From Nemertoderma westbladi (taxonomy: Eukaryota; Animalia; Xenacoelomorpha): DNA of 49,741 bases. The notes beneath the pieces are model-generated. The model was not told where the DNA came from, made no database searches, and saw only the letters and a program-made list of their open reading frames with translations. The stretch covers positions 1-49,741 of the forward strand of contig JAUCBJ010007661.1 in NCBI GenBank assembly GCA_032718475.1, read 5' to 3'. Numbering within the stretch: the first letter of the stretch is position 1; each line of letters starts with the position of its first letter. A program made the position numbers and the translations under genes. This document shows positions 12,526 to 25,743 of this stretch, piece by piece.

Positions 12526-12572
12526 TTTTGGAGAACCTAATGGAAACCAAAATGAATCAGAAACAATTGGCG
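12526..12572 (+). CDS. Possible 47-bp host exon
   Basis: T-rich tract plus tttag before and gtaagt after. Phase-compatible with 3700-3828 (joined: VQETSFGEPNGNQNESETIG). Confidence 0.25.
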
Positions 12573-12935
12573 GTAAGTTAATAGTGGGTAAGCGGTTGGC
12601 TAGGTAACGTGGTAGGTTACAAGTGGGTTAGCGGTTGGCTAGGTAACTGGTGGTAGGTTACAAGTGGGTTAGCGGTTGGCTAGGTAACTGGTGGTAAGTT
12701 ACAAGTGGGTTAGGGGTTGGCTAGGTAACTGGCGATAAGTTAAAAGTAGGTTAGCGGTTGGCTAGGTAACTGGTGGTAAGTTACAAGTGGATTAACGGTT
12801 GGCTAGGTAACTGGTGGTAAGTTACAAGTGGATTAACAGTTGGCTAGGTAACTGGTGGTAAGTTACAAGTGGATTAACAGTTGGCTAGGTAACTGGCGGT
12901 AAGTTACAAGCGCGGAAACAGTTTGCTTAGGTTAC
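12570..12935. repeat. 41-bp minisatellite, about 9 copies
   Basis: Unit gttacaagtggattaacagttggctaggtaactggtggtaa (e.g. 12780, 12821). Confidence 0.93.
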
Positions 12936-13349
12936 TTATGTAAATAATGGCTAAACATCTGCTAACAGTATATGTTACTATAAGAGTAAGCAGCACTATA
13001 CTATGAGTTAGAACTGTCATGATGGGTCACTCTAATTTTATACTAATTACATCTCAGAATAAGTCCAATTTAGAACTGTAATAATTCTCAAGAACAATAT
13101 CCACTATATATTCGTTAATTAGGACTAGTTTTTAATGCTACATTATAAAGCTCAGTAGAGGCTTTTCCTTATATTAGTGCAGTGTAGCGGTATAATTTAT
13201 CGGTACCTCACGTAGGTCATTCTGTGTTACTTTTAGTGCGGGTTTTTTTGTTGTCTACGTAAACCCTAGGATATATTGTTGTAACCCCCCCCCCCTTCCT
13301 CCTCCTTCCCCGCGTTCTACTGCTCCATGTTTCACACCCCCGACTTCTG

Positions 13350-15585
13350 TAATTTTTGCTATTCTAGACGGTCAGGGCCCTAGCCATACATAATGTGTTA
13401 AAAAAGTCTACGGTTCTCCGTCTAGGACCAATTTGAGTCAAAAAATCCGCTTCCCTAGCAACCGCGTTGCTATGCGCATATCTCCAGAACAGCTAATGCT
13501 ACGGACTTGGGACCGGCGCCAATCGATAGGCAGCATATGGGTTTACCTTCAAATATCTTTTTTTGGAACGATCAGATCATTATCTTGACCATGATCAGCA
13601 AAGATCAGTTTTGATCAGCAATCGGACACTCAAGGCTTGCTCCAATCGAAAAACTTAACATTACAAAAAGATTCAGCGACCCCAGATTAGTCATGTTTCC
13701 CGTTAAAAGATTTAAAAAAAAGTGAATTCTTCCTGGTCAAAACGCAAGATCATGATCGCGCAAAGATCGGACTAAGCATTTTGGATATAAACAATTACTG
13801 TAGGAAACGTTCAGAACACCGCCCTGAGTCGATTAAAAAAAAATTGGCTCGATCGGACAATCGGTTCTCGAGATCTGATACCTGATCATAAAAGATCAGA
13901 TTTTTTATTTTTTTCGGATTTTCTCGAAAACTTTGTTTGAGAACCCCGATTTTTTTTTACGAATCGACTTCTATGGTGAAGGGGCACCTTTTGTGCATTT
14001 CGAAATTGTCAAAAAGCGATTTGATCAGGCCGCGATCAGAAAAGATCGTGTTTTCGGTTTTATTTCGACGACCAAGTCCTGGGAGTTCACCGTATGGAAA
14101 AACTTAACATCACAAAAAGATTCCTCACCCTCGAATTATGGGTACCTTACTTACAATTATCATTGTAAGAAATGTGCAATGGTCTATTCTGAGTTGATTA
14201 AAAAAAAATTGGCTCGAACGGTCAACCAGTTCTCGAGATCAGCTTCCTGATCATAATAGATTGTGTTTTTCGGTTTTTCCCGATTTTCTCGAAAACTTTG
14301 TTTGAGACCCCCGATTTTATTTTTACTAATCGACTTCTATTAAGAAGGGGCAACTTTTGAGCATTTCGAAATTTTCAAAAAGCGATTTAATCAGGCCATG
14401 ATCAGGAAAGATCATGTTTTCGGTTTTATTTCGAAGACCAAGTCTTGTGAGTTCACCGTATGAAAAAACTTAACATTACAAAAAGATTCCTCACCCTCGA
14501 AATAGGGGGGGGGGGGGGGGTAGCCAAAATTTGACCATAAAAAAGTTCAATTCTAGGGTGTCAAAAGAACATGATCGCGAAATGATCAGTTTTTTCGAAA
14601 TTACTTCTGAGCATTTTTGGGCAAAACTTTCAAACTAAAAAACATTCACAGGAGTGTTCTAAGTAGATTAAAACAAATTTTGACTCAATAGGCCTACTGG
14701 TACCGGAGATATGGTCGTCCAAAGTCTGCTTCCGGTAATTCGAAAATATTTCGAAAACCCTTGATCGAATTTTTTCCTTGAAAATATATGAATGTACAGT
14801 TAGTGGACCTGCATCTAACGATATATCACAATCCATATTTCGGATGACAGGTACCGGTAAAATCAGTCATGTCTCAATCACTCATGTCTGACTATCTCGA
14901 AAACTATAACAGGTATGGAAATACTTTCACTGCAAGAAATGTTCGCCTATCCTACTACTACTAGGATCGGCATGCTGCATTGCAGCTGCATTTTTAAGAA
15001 TGCTGTGCCGGCTTGTCAACAAAATTGCACCGCCACAACTCCCTATCACCCATGACATTTGCTAGATCATCCGCATCTTTAAGGCCAGTGTCCTTTAAGA
15101 TGCGTCTCAAGAAAGTCATGGGCTGTCCACCATGCTTATTCACTCCATGAGGCTGCCAAAGTACAAGATTATGCACTGGCTGGTCCTCACGGCGAAAGCA
15201 ATGTCCTGCAAAGCGGAGGCGATTTTGTTCTAGTGTCAAGCTTGGGGGAACCAATGAGACACCTCCAATGTTATATAGTGTCTGGTTGGAGATGTGTGCA
15301 TTGTACTTGACACAATGTACCCGGCGTAGCATTCTTGTGAATGTGCCATCCATAGATTTGGTGTCCTCAGCAGTTAGAGCCCAGCATGGACTCCCGTAGA
15401 GGAGTACTGGAACTACTGCTGCTCTAAATAATCGGACCTTAAGTTTCCGATTAATTCTAGGTGACTTCCAAATCCTGGAAAGCCTATTCAAGGCTGCCCA
15501 TGCCTTTCCCTTACGTATTCGAAGGTCCTCTATCCAATGCGCTTCTAACTCTGTGCTCGGATTTTGCATAGTGTCAAAACCTAGT
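13350..15585 (+). mobile_element. Non-coding GATC-rich element with a ~366-bp internal duplication; possible non-autonomous Helitron/Helentron-type element
   Basis: 13830-14135 is duplicated at ~14190-14500. The right end reads gtgctcgg + hairpin ttttgcatagtgtcaaaa + CTAG|T. The left end is not defined. Confidence 0.4.
14953..15529 (-). mobile_element. 5'-truncated RTE family A copy with (TAG)n tail
   Basis: DLRIRKGKAWAALNRLSRIWKS...PAQHS*. Probable TSD ctatcc at 14947-14952 and 15530-15535. Confidence 0.92.
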
Positions 15586-16379
15586 ACTTAACCCCACCAG
15601 CGGAGGGAACGGAGTGACCGGAGCGCCAGTACTATCTTTCATTATTATATAGTAATAAGGGCGGTGGGTGGGGTAGGTGGTGAACACTATTTATAAGGTT
15701 GAGGGAGGGTCTAGTATATTACTTTAGGATATTTGAATTCTTTGCAATATAGTTTAGCTGCCTCAGTCTTATTTGTAATATGTTATACATTATACCAAAT
15801 TATATCAAGTTTTAACTTACTACATTGTCTACCTGTGGGAGAAATATACAATGTAGGGCTCATAATATATTTATAAATAGATTTTGTATATTTACATTGT
15901 ATAACAGAGTGAATTGATACTATTACGGTATTATACTAAAGACGCCGCTTTGATATATCTGATCAAATGGCAATTAATTTCTGGTAAATTATTTATTTCA
16001 CTATCTTGGGTATATCATTCAATTTCTAAAACTATAATAATAAACATTTACTTCAGTTCTTGTTTACTCGCATGGATATATTGATATAAAACACTTCAGT
16101 ATAATATTTTATGGGGCCAAACGCAGATTAATCAGAATAATATGTTTAATTATTGTTACAATTGGCACATTGAAGTAAGTAGTACATGAGTTTGATAAAA
16201 TAATTATGAATCCGTATCTTATTCTACTTTGTCTATATGGTTATGTTATATAATAATGTTACTGTATCACTTTGGTTTAAACTCATCTCCTTTATAACTA
16301 CTTACTACCACTACTAACTATTAACTACTATTACTACTACTACTGACTACTGCAGAGTTAGGTGTATATTACAAGAGGA

Positions 16380-19300
16380 CAGGGTTCGTGATTATTAGTT
16401 ATTATACAAGTGCCCCTCGGCTATAGAGAGTCCACCCTCGGTTGCTTACTGGATTCGATCCTACTGATAGTATAATAACTTGTAGTCTATGCACCGATCA
16501 ATATCACTTACCCTGTGGCTCATACCTACTTCCGACTGAACTATTCATTGCTGAGCGAAATCGAACTGACATTTATTGTATATACTGTTATTTTCGAATT
16601 TTCCCTTTTTCCACAGTTAGTACAGATGATTTAGACATATTTCCTGGTTATAATGTATCATCCCAAATTAATATTTTTAATCAAACATTTTCTCATCTCG
16701 ACCCTGATAGTAATTTAACAAACCTAAATATAGACGGAGGTACTTACACTGAGCAAATGTTTAATAACGAAAATAAATTTACAGACGATAATCCTTCGCT
16801 TTCTGTGTTTCAGTTTAACTGCCGTAGTTTACCAGCCAATTTATCTGCCATAACTGATTTTTTATTGACAACAAATTTGACATACTTACCTTTTCTGAAA
16901 CATTTCTAACGGACAACTCACCTGGTAACAGTATAAAAATTAGTGGCTACAAAGATCCATTTTTAGGTAACCGTAAAACTGGCAAATTAAATAGAGGGGG
17001 GGCTGCTATATACGTCAAAGAATCTCTCGAGGTATCAAAAAGGGACGATCTAAAAATTAGCGATCTTGAAAGCTCCTGGATTGAAATAAAACGACAAAAA
17101 TCTAAACCTCTAATTGTAGGAACTCTATACCGTACGCAAGCTATACAACGTGAACACTTTCTCTCTCTACTAGATTCTTCCTTATCTAATCTAGCTAACT
17201 CGCACTGTGACGTCATTATAACTGGAGACACTAACATTAACACACTACAAACATCTAAAGATAATCCCATGGGAATATATTAACCTACTCAACTCATATG
17301 GCTTTATTCAATTAATAAATGACCCTACACGCGTAACTCCTTGGACCAAATCATGTATAGACCATATAATTACGAACATCACAACTTCAGTTACTAAATC
17401 TGGTACTTTTCGTGTTAAAATCGGGACATCTGACCATCAACCGACATTTACTTTACTCCAAAATCATTCTTGTTATTTTAATAAACCAAAAAATTACTCT
17501 GTAATTGACTTTTCTAAATTTAACTCACAGAATTTTATTAAAGAAATTAAATCACCGAATTCCTGGACATTCAACTCAAACAATATTCCAGATAAAGAAA
17601 AATTTGATCTATTTTATAAGGACTTGGAAAATATTTGCAGCAAACACGTACCAAAAAAAATTGTCCCCCCACGAAAGGTACCAAATAAACCCTGGATAAC
17701 TGATGCTCTAATAAATAGTACCCTAACTAAAAATATACTATATCGTCAATACTTAAAATATCCCACAGAAACAAATTCCAAAAAGTTCAAATGTTATAGA
17801 AATAAATTGACTTCAACGTTGCGAGCAGCGGAAAAACAATACTACTCCACTCAATTTGAAAACAATTCTAAAAATATTCGTAAAACGTGGTTGATAATCA
17901 ATCAACCACGGGGAGTTCGGAGGCGGCTTCAGTTCGCGCTCCTCCGCTCCAACTCCCTGTGTTTGCGTGGGGGTCGGCGGTCCTGGAGGTGTCTCGGGTT
18001 CGGGGACGGAGCTGGTCTGCGTGGGTCTGACTTACCAGACAATTATTGATTTGGTGGTGGCATTCTTGCTATTCCTTGGTGGTGCGATTTTTAATTGCTT
18101 TTAATTGTTTGTTCGTTACTTTTATATTGTGTTATCCTGTATAATTATAAAGTAATTATGGTTGATAATCAATACAGCATTAAACAAATCTAGAAAAAGA
18201 AACATTCCAAAACAAATCACAACCCGCACCGAACATTCATTCCAAACCACTAGAGACCCGACCAAAATAGCAAATATTCTTAATACTCACTTTGCTACTG
18301 TAGGTTCTAAACTAAGTAGGGACATCCCCACATCTAGTCGATCCCCGCTCCGCTTCATTTCTAACTCCAACAGGCGCCCTAACTCTTTCTCTCTTGCCGA
18401 AACTAGTCCAGTGGAAGTTGAATATCTACTACTACATCTTAACCCTACATCGGCGACAAACGACTCTTTCCCAACTAAGCTACTCCTACTTGCGGCTAAA
18501 CCCATATCTATATATCTCAGTAAACTAATTAACCTGTCAATTAAATTAGGATTTTTTCCGTGTTCGCTCCAAATAGCTAAAGTTATTCCTTCATACAAAG
18601 CTGACGATCCAACTGATTCTAACAACTATAGACCAATATCACTTCTCAATTCTTATCACTTCAGTAAAATATTCGAACAAATAATAAACTCCCAGCTACT
18701 CGCTTATCTAACTAAATATAAAATATTAACTAATTCCCAGTTCGGTTTTCGGCCCAAAATTTCTACCTCGCACGCACTACTTTCGGTAATAGAAAAAATA
18801 CACCAGGCACTAGACAATAAATACAATACATATGCAATATACATAGATCTAAAGAAGGCATTTGATACCATCAATCCCCAAAACTCATATTGACTATATT
18901 AAAACTAAGATATCCAAATCTGCTGGTATCTTCTATAAGCTACGCCACATATTCCCACTTCGAATTCTCAGACAGCTCTATTACTCACTTATACATCCCT
19001 ACCTCTCATACGGTATCTCACTATGGGGTTCTACCCATTCTAGTACTCTGAAACCTCTACGAATTAAAATAAATAAAATAGTTAGATGTATCACATTCAA
19101 TCACTACCAGGCCTCTTCTAATCCTATCTACAAATCTTTATCTATACTTCCACTGGACTTACTATATAAATATCAAGTACGTCTACTTATGTACGACGTA
19201 AACTCCACGACTAATCATTTACCTACTACAATACAAGATTTATTTAGGAAAACGTTTACAGTACATAAATACCCTACTCGTTCTGCTACCCGTGGGGACT

Positions 19301-19458
19301 TCTATATACAAACTTGTCGTCTAACGTCGTCACAACAATCCATGAGCTTTCAACGTCCTCTTATATGGAACAACATACCGTTAAATATAAAAAATTGTAA
19401 GTCCAAATCTAGTTTCACTAAAAAATTAAAAAACCATTTACTTTCTTCAATCACATAA
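16380..19458 (+). mobile_element. Degenerate L2/Crack-like (CR1-group) LINE ORF2: PHD-like finger, APE endonuclease, internally deleted RT
   Basis: Motifs C..C...YHLPC...YCIYC...FPF, DPD, FNCRSL, GGAAIYV, ITGDTNI, PTR...CIDH, SDH, KPWIT, NYRPISLL, QFGFR and YIDLKKAFDT. It then jumps directly to HIDYIKTKISKSAGI...YGISLWG, so the RT core including YADD is missing. Several frameshifts. Confidence 0.88.
17903..18158. mobile_element. 256-bp unclassified insertion with 15-bp TSD
   Basis: tggttgataatcaat occurs at 17888-17902 and 18159-18173. Removing the insert restores the LINE frame KTWLIINTALNK. Confidence 0.85.
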
Positions 19459-19711
19459 ACCTAAAATTACTTTTCATCTTCTTAATCTTCAATCATCTTC
19501 ATAACTAATATTTTTTCTCCACATCATTTCGCTCAGCAGACTATATGAATCTACTCCGGATAGATATGAGTCGGGTTGACTGATGTAGAAGATGCGGTAC
19601 ACATAGATGTGTCTTTTTTATCTGAATCTAGAATAAACCTCCCACCCCCCCCCCCCCCCCGCCCCCCCGAATATTATTAAGACAACGTAGTGATTGCTAG
19701 AAATATTGGCG

Positions 19712-21034
19712 ATGTCAAATATCGGGCGTCGTAGCTCTACGGCTGGTTCTGTTGGAAATAGTCCCCGTCAGAGCGGCGGCAGCCTTACCGGGAAGGCGAC
19801 GACGAAAAAACAAGGGAAGAATTCGGGCCCTCTGCTGACAGGCGCTGGGCTGAATAAATGTCCACGCCATGACACTTATTCCGCGGCGCAACAACCAACG
19901 GACAACAACCGCGATGATGGTCAAAACGAGATAGAGGTTGAATGCTCCGGCAGCAGGTGTAATGTAGCGATGGTATGCATAGTAAAAGATGACACAGACT
20001 TTGGTCAGGTCGACTTTTACTGTGGCAAATGCGTCGCCAAAAACTTATCAAAAGTTTCTAACGACGTAAATAAGATGGAAGCACGCTTAGAAGAAAAATT
20101 AAACTCTCTCAATGCTGATCTTAAGAGTTTGATTCAGTTCCACGACGATCGGTGTCACAAGGTATTAAGATCATTGCGATCTGATCACGACGATCACGTA
20201 GAGGAGAGTGCAACCAAAGCAGATAATATCGAAACGCAAATAGATACACTTCGGGAGACGTTAGAAGCTCAACGAGAACGAGAGGATCATTCAACTGGAG
20301 GACAGGGTGACGATAACGAAGAATGGCAACAACCAAACACTCGGCGCAATCGTCGGAATCGCCTTCATCGTGAACCGCTGGCGCAAAGCGTTTCAAACCA
20401 AACCATTGTGTCTTCCAATGTTGCACTGTTGGCATGGCAACTAAAGGGAGAAGAGGGGCAACGCGATAAACGTAAAAATAATATTAAAATATCTGGTCTC
20501 TCAAACAATTTGGACGATGATTTGGACAACGTTATTTCGGTGGCAAACGAACTCGGGATTTCCCTATCCATGTCCGATGTATCTGCTATGAGAGTTGGAA
20601 CACTTCGCGACGATAGGCCACAGCCGATAGTCGCCACCGTTCCATCTGCTGAAAGGATCCAGCTACTACAAAATGCGCGAAATCTACGTAGCTCACAGCG
20701 CTTTCAGGGAGTCTATATTTCTCCAGATTATACGCCCGCTGAGAGTCAACTTCAGTTCCAGTTACGTCAGGAACGTCGGGAACGGCAATCTACAGAACCA
20801 AATACAAAATGGATAATCTACCGAGGCAATGTAATAGATGCCGCCATGATATCGAATCGTGGTTCTCATCACGTACCTGCCGCGGTCGATACTAGCGTGC
20901 CTAATACACACTCAGCGCGAACGTTTTACAGATCGAATGGCCCCGCATCTAATCGACAGAATGACAATGACGATCACCAATTGAGTGTGTCCTTCATTCC
21001 CCCCACTCAACTGGATGAGGGACAGTCAGATTGA
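19712..21034 (+). CDS. LINE ORF1 protein (Cys finger, coiled coil, RRM-like/L1-ORF1-like C-terminus)
   Basis: Intact ORF from the ATG at 19712: CSGSRC...FYCGKC, a heptad region, then KRKNNIKISGL...RVG...RPQPIV...LLQNARNLR...GVYISPDYTPAE. Confidence 0.85.
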   Translation: MSNIGRRSSTAGSVGNSPRQSGGSLTGKATTKKQGKNSGPLLTGAGLNKCPRHDTYSAAQQPTDNNRDDGQNEIEVECSGSRCNVAMVCIVKDDTDFGQVDFYCGKCVAKNLSKVSNDVNKMEARLEEKLNSLNADLKSLIQFHDDRCHKVLRSLRSDHDDHVEESATKADNIETQIDTLRETLEAQREREDHSTGGQGDDNEEWQQPNTRRNRRNRLHREPLAQSVSNQTIVSSNVALLAWQLKGEEGQRDKRKNNIKISGLSNNLDDDLDNVISVANELGISLSMSDVSAMRVGTLRDDRPQPIVATVPSAERIQLLQNARNLRSSQRFQGVYISPDYTPAESQLQFQLRQERRERQSTEPNTKWIIYRGNVIDAAMISNRGSHHVPAAVDTSVPNTHSARTFYRSNGPASNRQNDNDDHQLSVSFIPPTQLDEGQSD

Positions 21035-21037
21035 CTA

Positions 21038-24000
21038 TTGCAATACACAATACCAGTAACGGTTGCTGCTTGGTCCCCCGCACCCATAACCGTCGCTGCT
21101 GGGTCCCCTGCACCCACTACCGTCGCTGCTGGGTCCCCCGCACCCACAACCGTCGCTGCTGGGTCCCCCGCACCCACAACCGTCGCTGCTGCGTCCCCCG
21201 CACCCACAACTGTCGCTGCTGGGTCCCTCGAATCCACAGCCATCGCTGCTGGGTCCCCCGCACCCATAACCGTCGCTGCAGGGTCCCCCGCACCCACAAC
21301 CGTCACTGCTGGGTCCCCCGCACCCACAACCGTCGCTGCTGCATCCCCCGCACCCACAACCGTCGCTGCTGGGTCCCTCGAATCCACAGCCATCGCAGCT
21401 GGGTCCCCCGCACCCACAACCATTGCTGCTGGGTCCCTCGAATCCACAGCCATCGCTGCTGGGTCCCCCGCACCCATAACCGTCGCTGCTGGGTCCACCG
21501 CACCTACAACCGTCACTGCTGGGTCCCCCGCATCCACAACCGTTGCTGCTGCGTCCCCCGCACCCACAACCGTCGCTGCTGCGTCCCCCGCACCCACAAC
21601 CGTCGCTGCTGGGTCCCTCGAATCCACAGCCATCGCAGCTAGGTCCCCCGCACCCACAACCATTGCTGCTGGGTCCCGCGCACCCACAACCGTCGCTGCT
21701 GGGTCCCTCACACCCACAACCGTCGCTGCTGCATCCCCCGCACCCACAACCGTCGCTGCTGGGTCCCTCGAATCCACAGCCATCGCAGCTGGATCCCCCG
21801 CACCCACAACCGTTGCTGCTGGGCCCCGCGCACCCACAACCGTTGCTGCTGGGTCCTCTGCACCCACAACCGTCGCTGCTGGGTCCCTCGCAGCCACAAC
21901 CGTCGCTGGTAGGTCCCTTGAATCCACAACCGTCGCTGCTGGGTCTCCCGCACCCACAACCGTCGCTGCTGCATCCCCCGCACCCACAACCGTCGCTGCT
22001 GGGTCACTCGAATCCACAGCCATCGCAGCTGGATCCCCCGCACCCACAACCGTTGCTGCTGGGCCCCGCGCACCCACAACCGTTGCTGCTGGGTCCTCTG
22101 CACCCACAACCGTCGCTGCTGGGTCCCTCGCAGCCACAACCGTCGCTGGTAGGTCCCTTGAATCCACAACCATCACTGCTGGGTCCCCCGCACCCACAAC
22201 CGTCGCTGCTGGGTCCCCTCCCCCTGCACCAACTACCTTCGCTGCTGGGTCCCCCGCACCCACAACCGTCGCTGCTGGGTCCCTCGAATCCACAGCCATC
22301 GCAGCTGGGTCCCCCGCACCCACAACCATTGCTGCTGGGTCCCGCGCACCCACAACCGTCGCTGCTGGGTCCCTCGCATCCACAAAAGTCGCTGCTGGGT
22401 ACCTCACATCCACAACTGTCGCTGCTGGGTCGCCCGCATCCACTACCATCGCTGCTGGGTACCACTCACCCACACATGTTGCTGTTGGGTCCACAACCGC
22501 ATCTAATTCAACCACTGCCATCCCAACTCTGTTGTTATACAACGCTCGTAGCCTTCTAAATCTACACAGGCGATGCAAACTGGCAAATTCAATTCTGATC
22601 CGAGACTACAATATAATATGCATAACTGAAACTTGGCTTACTCCTGAGATACTCGATAGCGAATTTATTCCTCACTGGTTACAACTTAATACGTACGGAG
22701 CGTAGCTCAAAATTTGATTGTATCTCAACACATGGAGGTGTCCTTATTGCTCTACAAAATGGAATTAACTACACGCCAGAATATATTAATGGTGCTTCTG
22801 ATAGATTATCAAGTTCAGTTACTGCCTGTTTGTGCAATATTAACGGTTTAACATATTTACTTGTATGTATATACAACCCACCTGACAAAAGCCCATACCG
22901 CTTAGAAGTTGCTGATTTTTACAAATTACTAGACTACATAATAACATTTAAGGATCACGTTGACGACGTGATCATATGTGGGGATATCAATCTGCCTTCT
23001 GTAGATTGGGAGTCTCACTTTTCTACAGATAACTATGAGAAGGACATTTTATACGCTATTGACAAACACAACTTTAAACAACACATAAATTTTCCTACAC
23101 GGGGAGCTAATACGCTTGACGTTTTCATATCATTAACAGACAATACAATTCTCAACATTGAGATTGACTACAACCTATCTAGACAATTACAGGCAGTTGA
23201 AATCAAGTCAGACCATGACCCTGTCCTGGTTATTTTAAACTCACAATGTAATGCTGCAAAGCAAACACGGCAGCCGATCCAGTCCAATCCCTTGTTGCAT
23301 TATAGTTTTTGTAAAATAGATACACTGAAGGCGACCCAGATTTGTGAATCTCAGCCATTTGACGAAAAATTGTACAATATGACCGATTGTGAGGATCTAG
23401 TTAATAAATGGTATCAATGGCTGAATAATGTTATCGACAACTGTTATCGACAAACCTAAATGAACAGCGCATTGTGCCTCTCAACCACCATGGGTGACAC
23501 AAAAAACCTCACATAAGTTAAATAAATTACACACTCTCCAGCGTAAAATTGCTTCAAAGATATCGCAAACATTAAACCTTCAGGTTAAGATGGAAAGGTT
23601 ACAGGAAGAAGTTGAAAATGATATTTTAGCTGACCAAACAAAGTACGAGATGCAGCTAGCAGACACCCGTTCAATGAAACATCTCTTCAAATATTTCAAA
23701 AGCCTACGGAGGTCTTATTCACTGCCACCAGTAGTACAATACGAGAATCGTACGGCATCCACTCATGAGGATCAGGCTAATCTATTTAACGAGTTCTTCC
23801 ATTCCGTTTTTAAATCCCCGCGAATACCTACTAGCGATATACAACCACCACTTAACGACACAAACTCTGAAAGCTTGAACACGACACACGACTACGACGT
23901 GTCAGTTGACACAGTGGAGAATATACTTACGTCTTTAGATGCTACGAAATCTTGTGGACCAGACAATATTCCACCTTCATTATTTAAATCCCTCGCAAAA

Positions 24001-25195
24001 GTACTAGCACCCTCAATGTCATTCCTATTCGGGAGGCTGAAAAAAAAAACCACTTCCCCGTAGCATGGAAGCATGCACTAATAAATCCTCAACATAAAAA
24101 AGGTAGTAGAATCAAGGTAATCTTATACCGGCCAATATCTCTCTTAGCGATTCCTGGAAAAGTATTTGAGCGTTGCATCTTTATCCCCATCTACGAACAA
24201 GTACGTAGTAGGTTACATGACGCACAACATGGATTTAGGAAGTCAAGATCAATGATCACACAATTACTTACATTTCTAGACAATGTCTACAAGGGTACGG
24301 ATAACGGCCAATTGACAGTAGAAGTAATATACTTAGATTTCCAGAAAGCGTTTGACTCTGTCAGCCACGAATCCGTTCTGCGAAAATTATGGATAATGGG
24401 GGTCCGCGGAAATCTCTGGTATATCCTCCGGAGCTACCTAGCAGGAAGAACACAGTCAGTAAAAGTCGGAAACGCGAAGTCAACTCCCCGATCTGTCGAC
24501 AGTGGCATGGCTCAGGGGTCCCTATTGGGACCACTATTCTTTGTTGTTGAGAGCAATGATCTCCCAGAAGTTTGTCATGTCAGCATACCATTTCTCCTCG
24601 CAGACGATTGCAAATTATTATCAGTATCACATGTCGATTCCATCATCAACACACAATTAGATATTGACCGACTTGTGACATGGGGTCTCGAGGCTGGACT
24701 AGATTTTAATGAACCGAAATGCAAGCAAATAGTCTTCAAAGGCGACATAGAAGCTCGGTCATTGTACTCAAGGACTATATCTCGAGTCGATACAGAGAAG
24801 GATTTAGGAATAACCATAACATCAAATTTATCATGGACCGCCCACATTAAGGACAAATGCAGTAAAGCAAATAGAACATTATACCTGATCCGAAGAAGCA
24901 GTTATTTTCGCCTACCAGTACAATCCAAGCTAAACCTCTATAAATCCATGGTATTGCCAATCTTAACCTATGGGTCGCCTTGTTGGTTTGCCAACAAGAC
25001 GGACGCACACAAACTCGAGTCCATCCAGCGGAGAGCAACAATCTGGATTATTGGTAATGACGATCACACCTACAAGGAGAGACTCATAATATTAAACATT
25101 CTACCGATCTCATTATACTTACAATTATCCGACCAACTAACCTTGTCAAAGATAATAAATAATAAATACGACATTGACTGGTCGCCACATCTAAA
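21038..25195 (+). pseudogene. LINE ORF2 (VNTR + APE endonuclease + reverse transcriptase), disrupted
   Basis: Motifs YNARSL, IICITETWL, HGGVLI, YNPP, GDINLP, PTRGANTLD, SDH, KSCGPDNI, YRPISLL, QHGFR, YLDFQKAFDSV, QGSLLGP, LADDCKL and EKDLGI. Frameshift at ~22675 and stops at 23457 and 24061. Confidence 0.92.
21055..22500 (+). repeat. 30-bp GC-rich coding VNTR, about 48 copies (TTVAAGSPAP)
   Basis: Unit caccca caaccgtcgctgctgggtcccccg, with a 240-bp higher-order duplication (21721 vs 21961). Confidence 0.97.
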
Positions 25196-25734
25196 TGTGA
25201 CGGGATCCAGGAAGGATTCCGGTTTATCCGGTTTGTCAGTTCACGCGTCCCCGCCGTGTGTGAAAGATAAAAGAGTTTGCGTTGTTTGTCGTATATAATA
25301 TTCGGGATATATAATATAGATATAGATAATGGCTGGTAATATATTGTTGTATATGGAAGACGGGAGACGGTAATTGAAGTCCCGGTACTTCCCTAGCTAA
25401 ACTATTGCTACTGTAACACCAATAACACTGAGATAACTGAATGAGATGATTACTGCCAACTGGTTATATTGCACGGGTTGGCCTTGTTACTCTACCTATC
25501 CGATGCCTTTCCCCCCTCTTATTGGTTGATACCCTTGTTGGCGCCCTTTGGAGTGTTCCCGTTCACTCCACCTATTCTCTTTCGGTTAGGGGTTTGGCCC
25601 CTGACCCTCATTGTGTTTCTCCTTCCCATTTTGTTGGGGTGACACGAGTTACTGGTTACCCAATCTCGTGGCCCCCAATATTGCTTATCGGCTTACTTTA
25701 TGGGTTTGGGTTAGCGGGATTGAATAAGCTAACA
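25196..25734 (-). repeat. 3' LTR (539 bp)
   Basis: tgtgacgggatc...gaataagctaaca; about 9 differences from 33035-33572 by manual comparison. Confidence 0.97.
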
Positions 25735-25743
25735 CTACCCCCC
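25735..25743 (-). promoter_or_regulatory. Polypurine tract
   Basis: The minus strand GGGGGGTAG directly abuts the 3' LTR, which fixes the element orientation. Confidence 0.8.

Noticed and set aside
21007-22578. Antisense and alternate-frame ORFs (523 aa, 338 aa, Cys-rich keratin-like)
   Set aside because: These are by-products of a stop-free 30-bp GC-rich VNTR.
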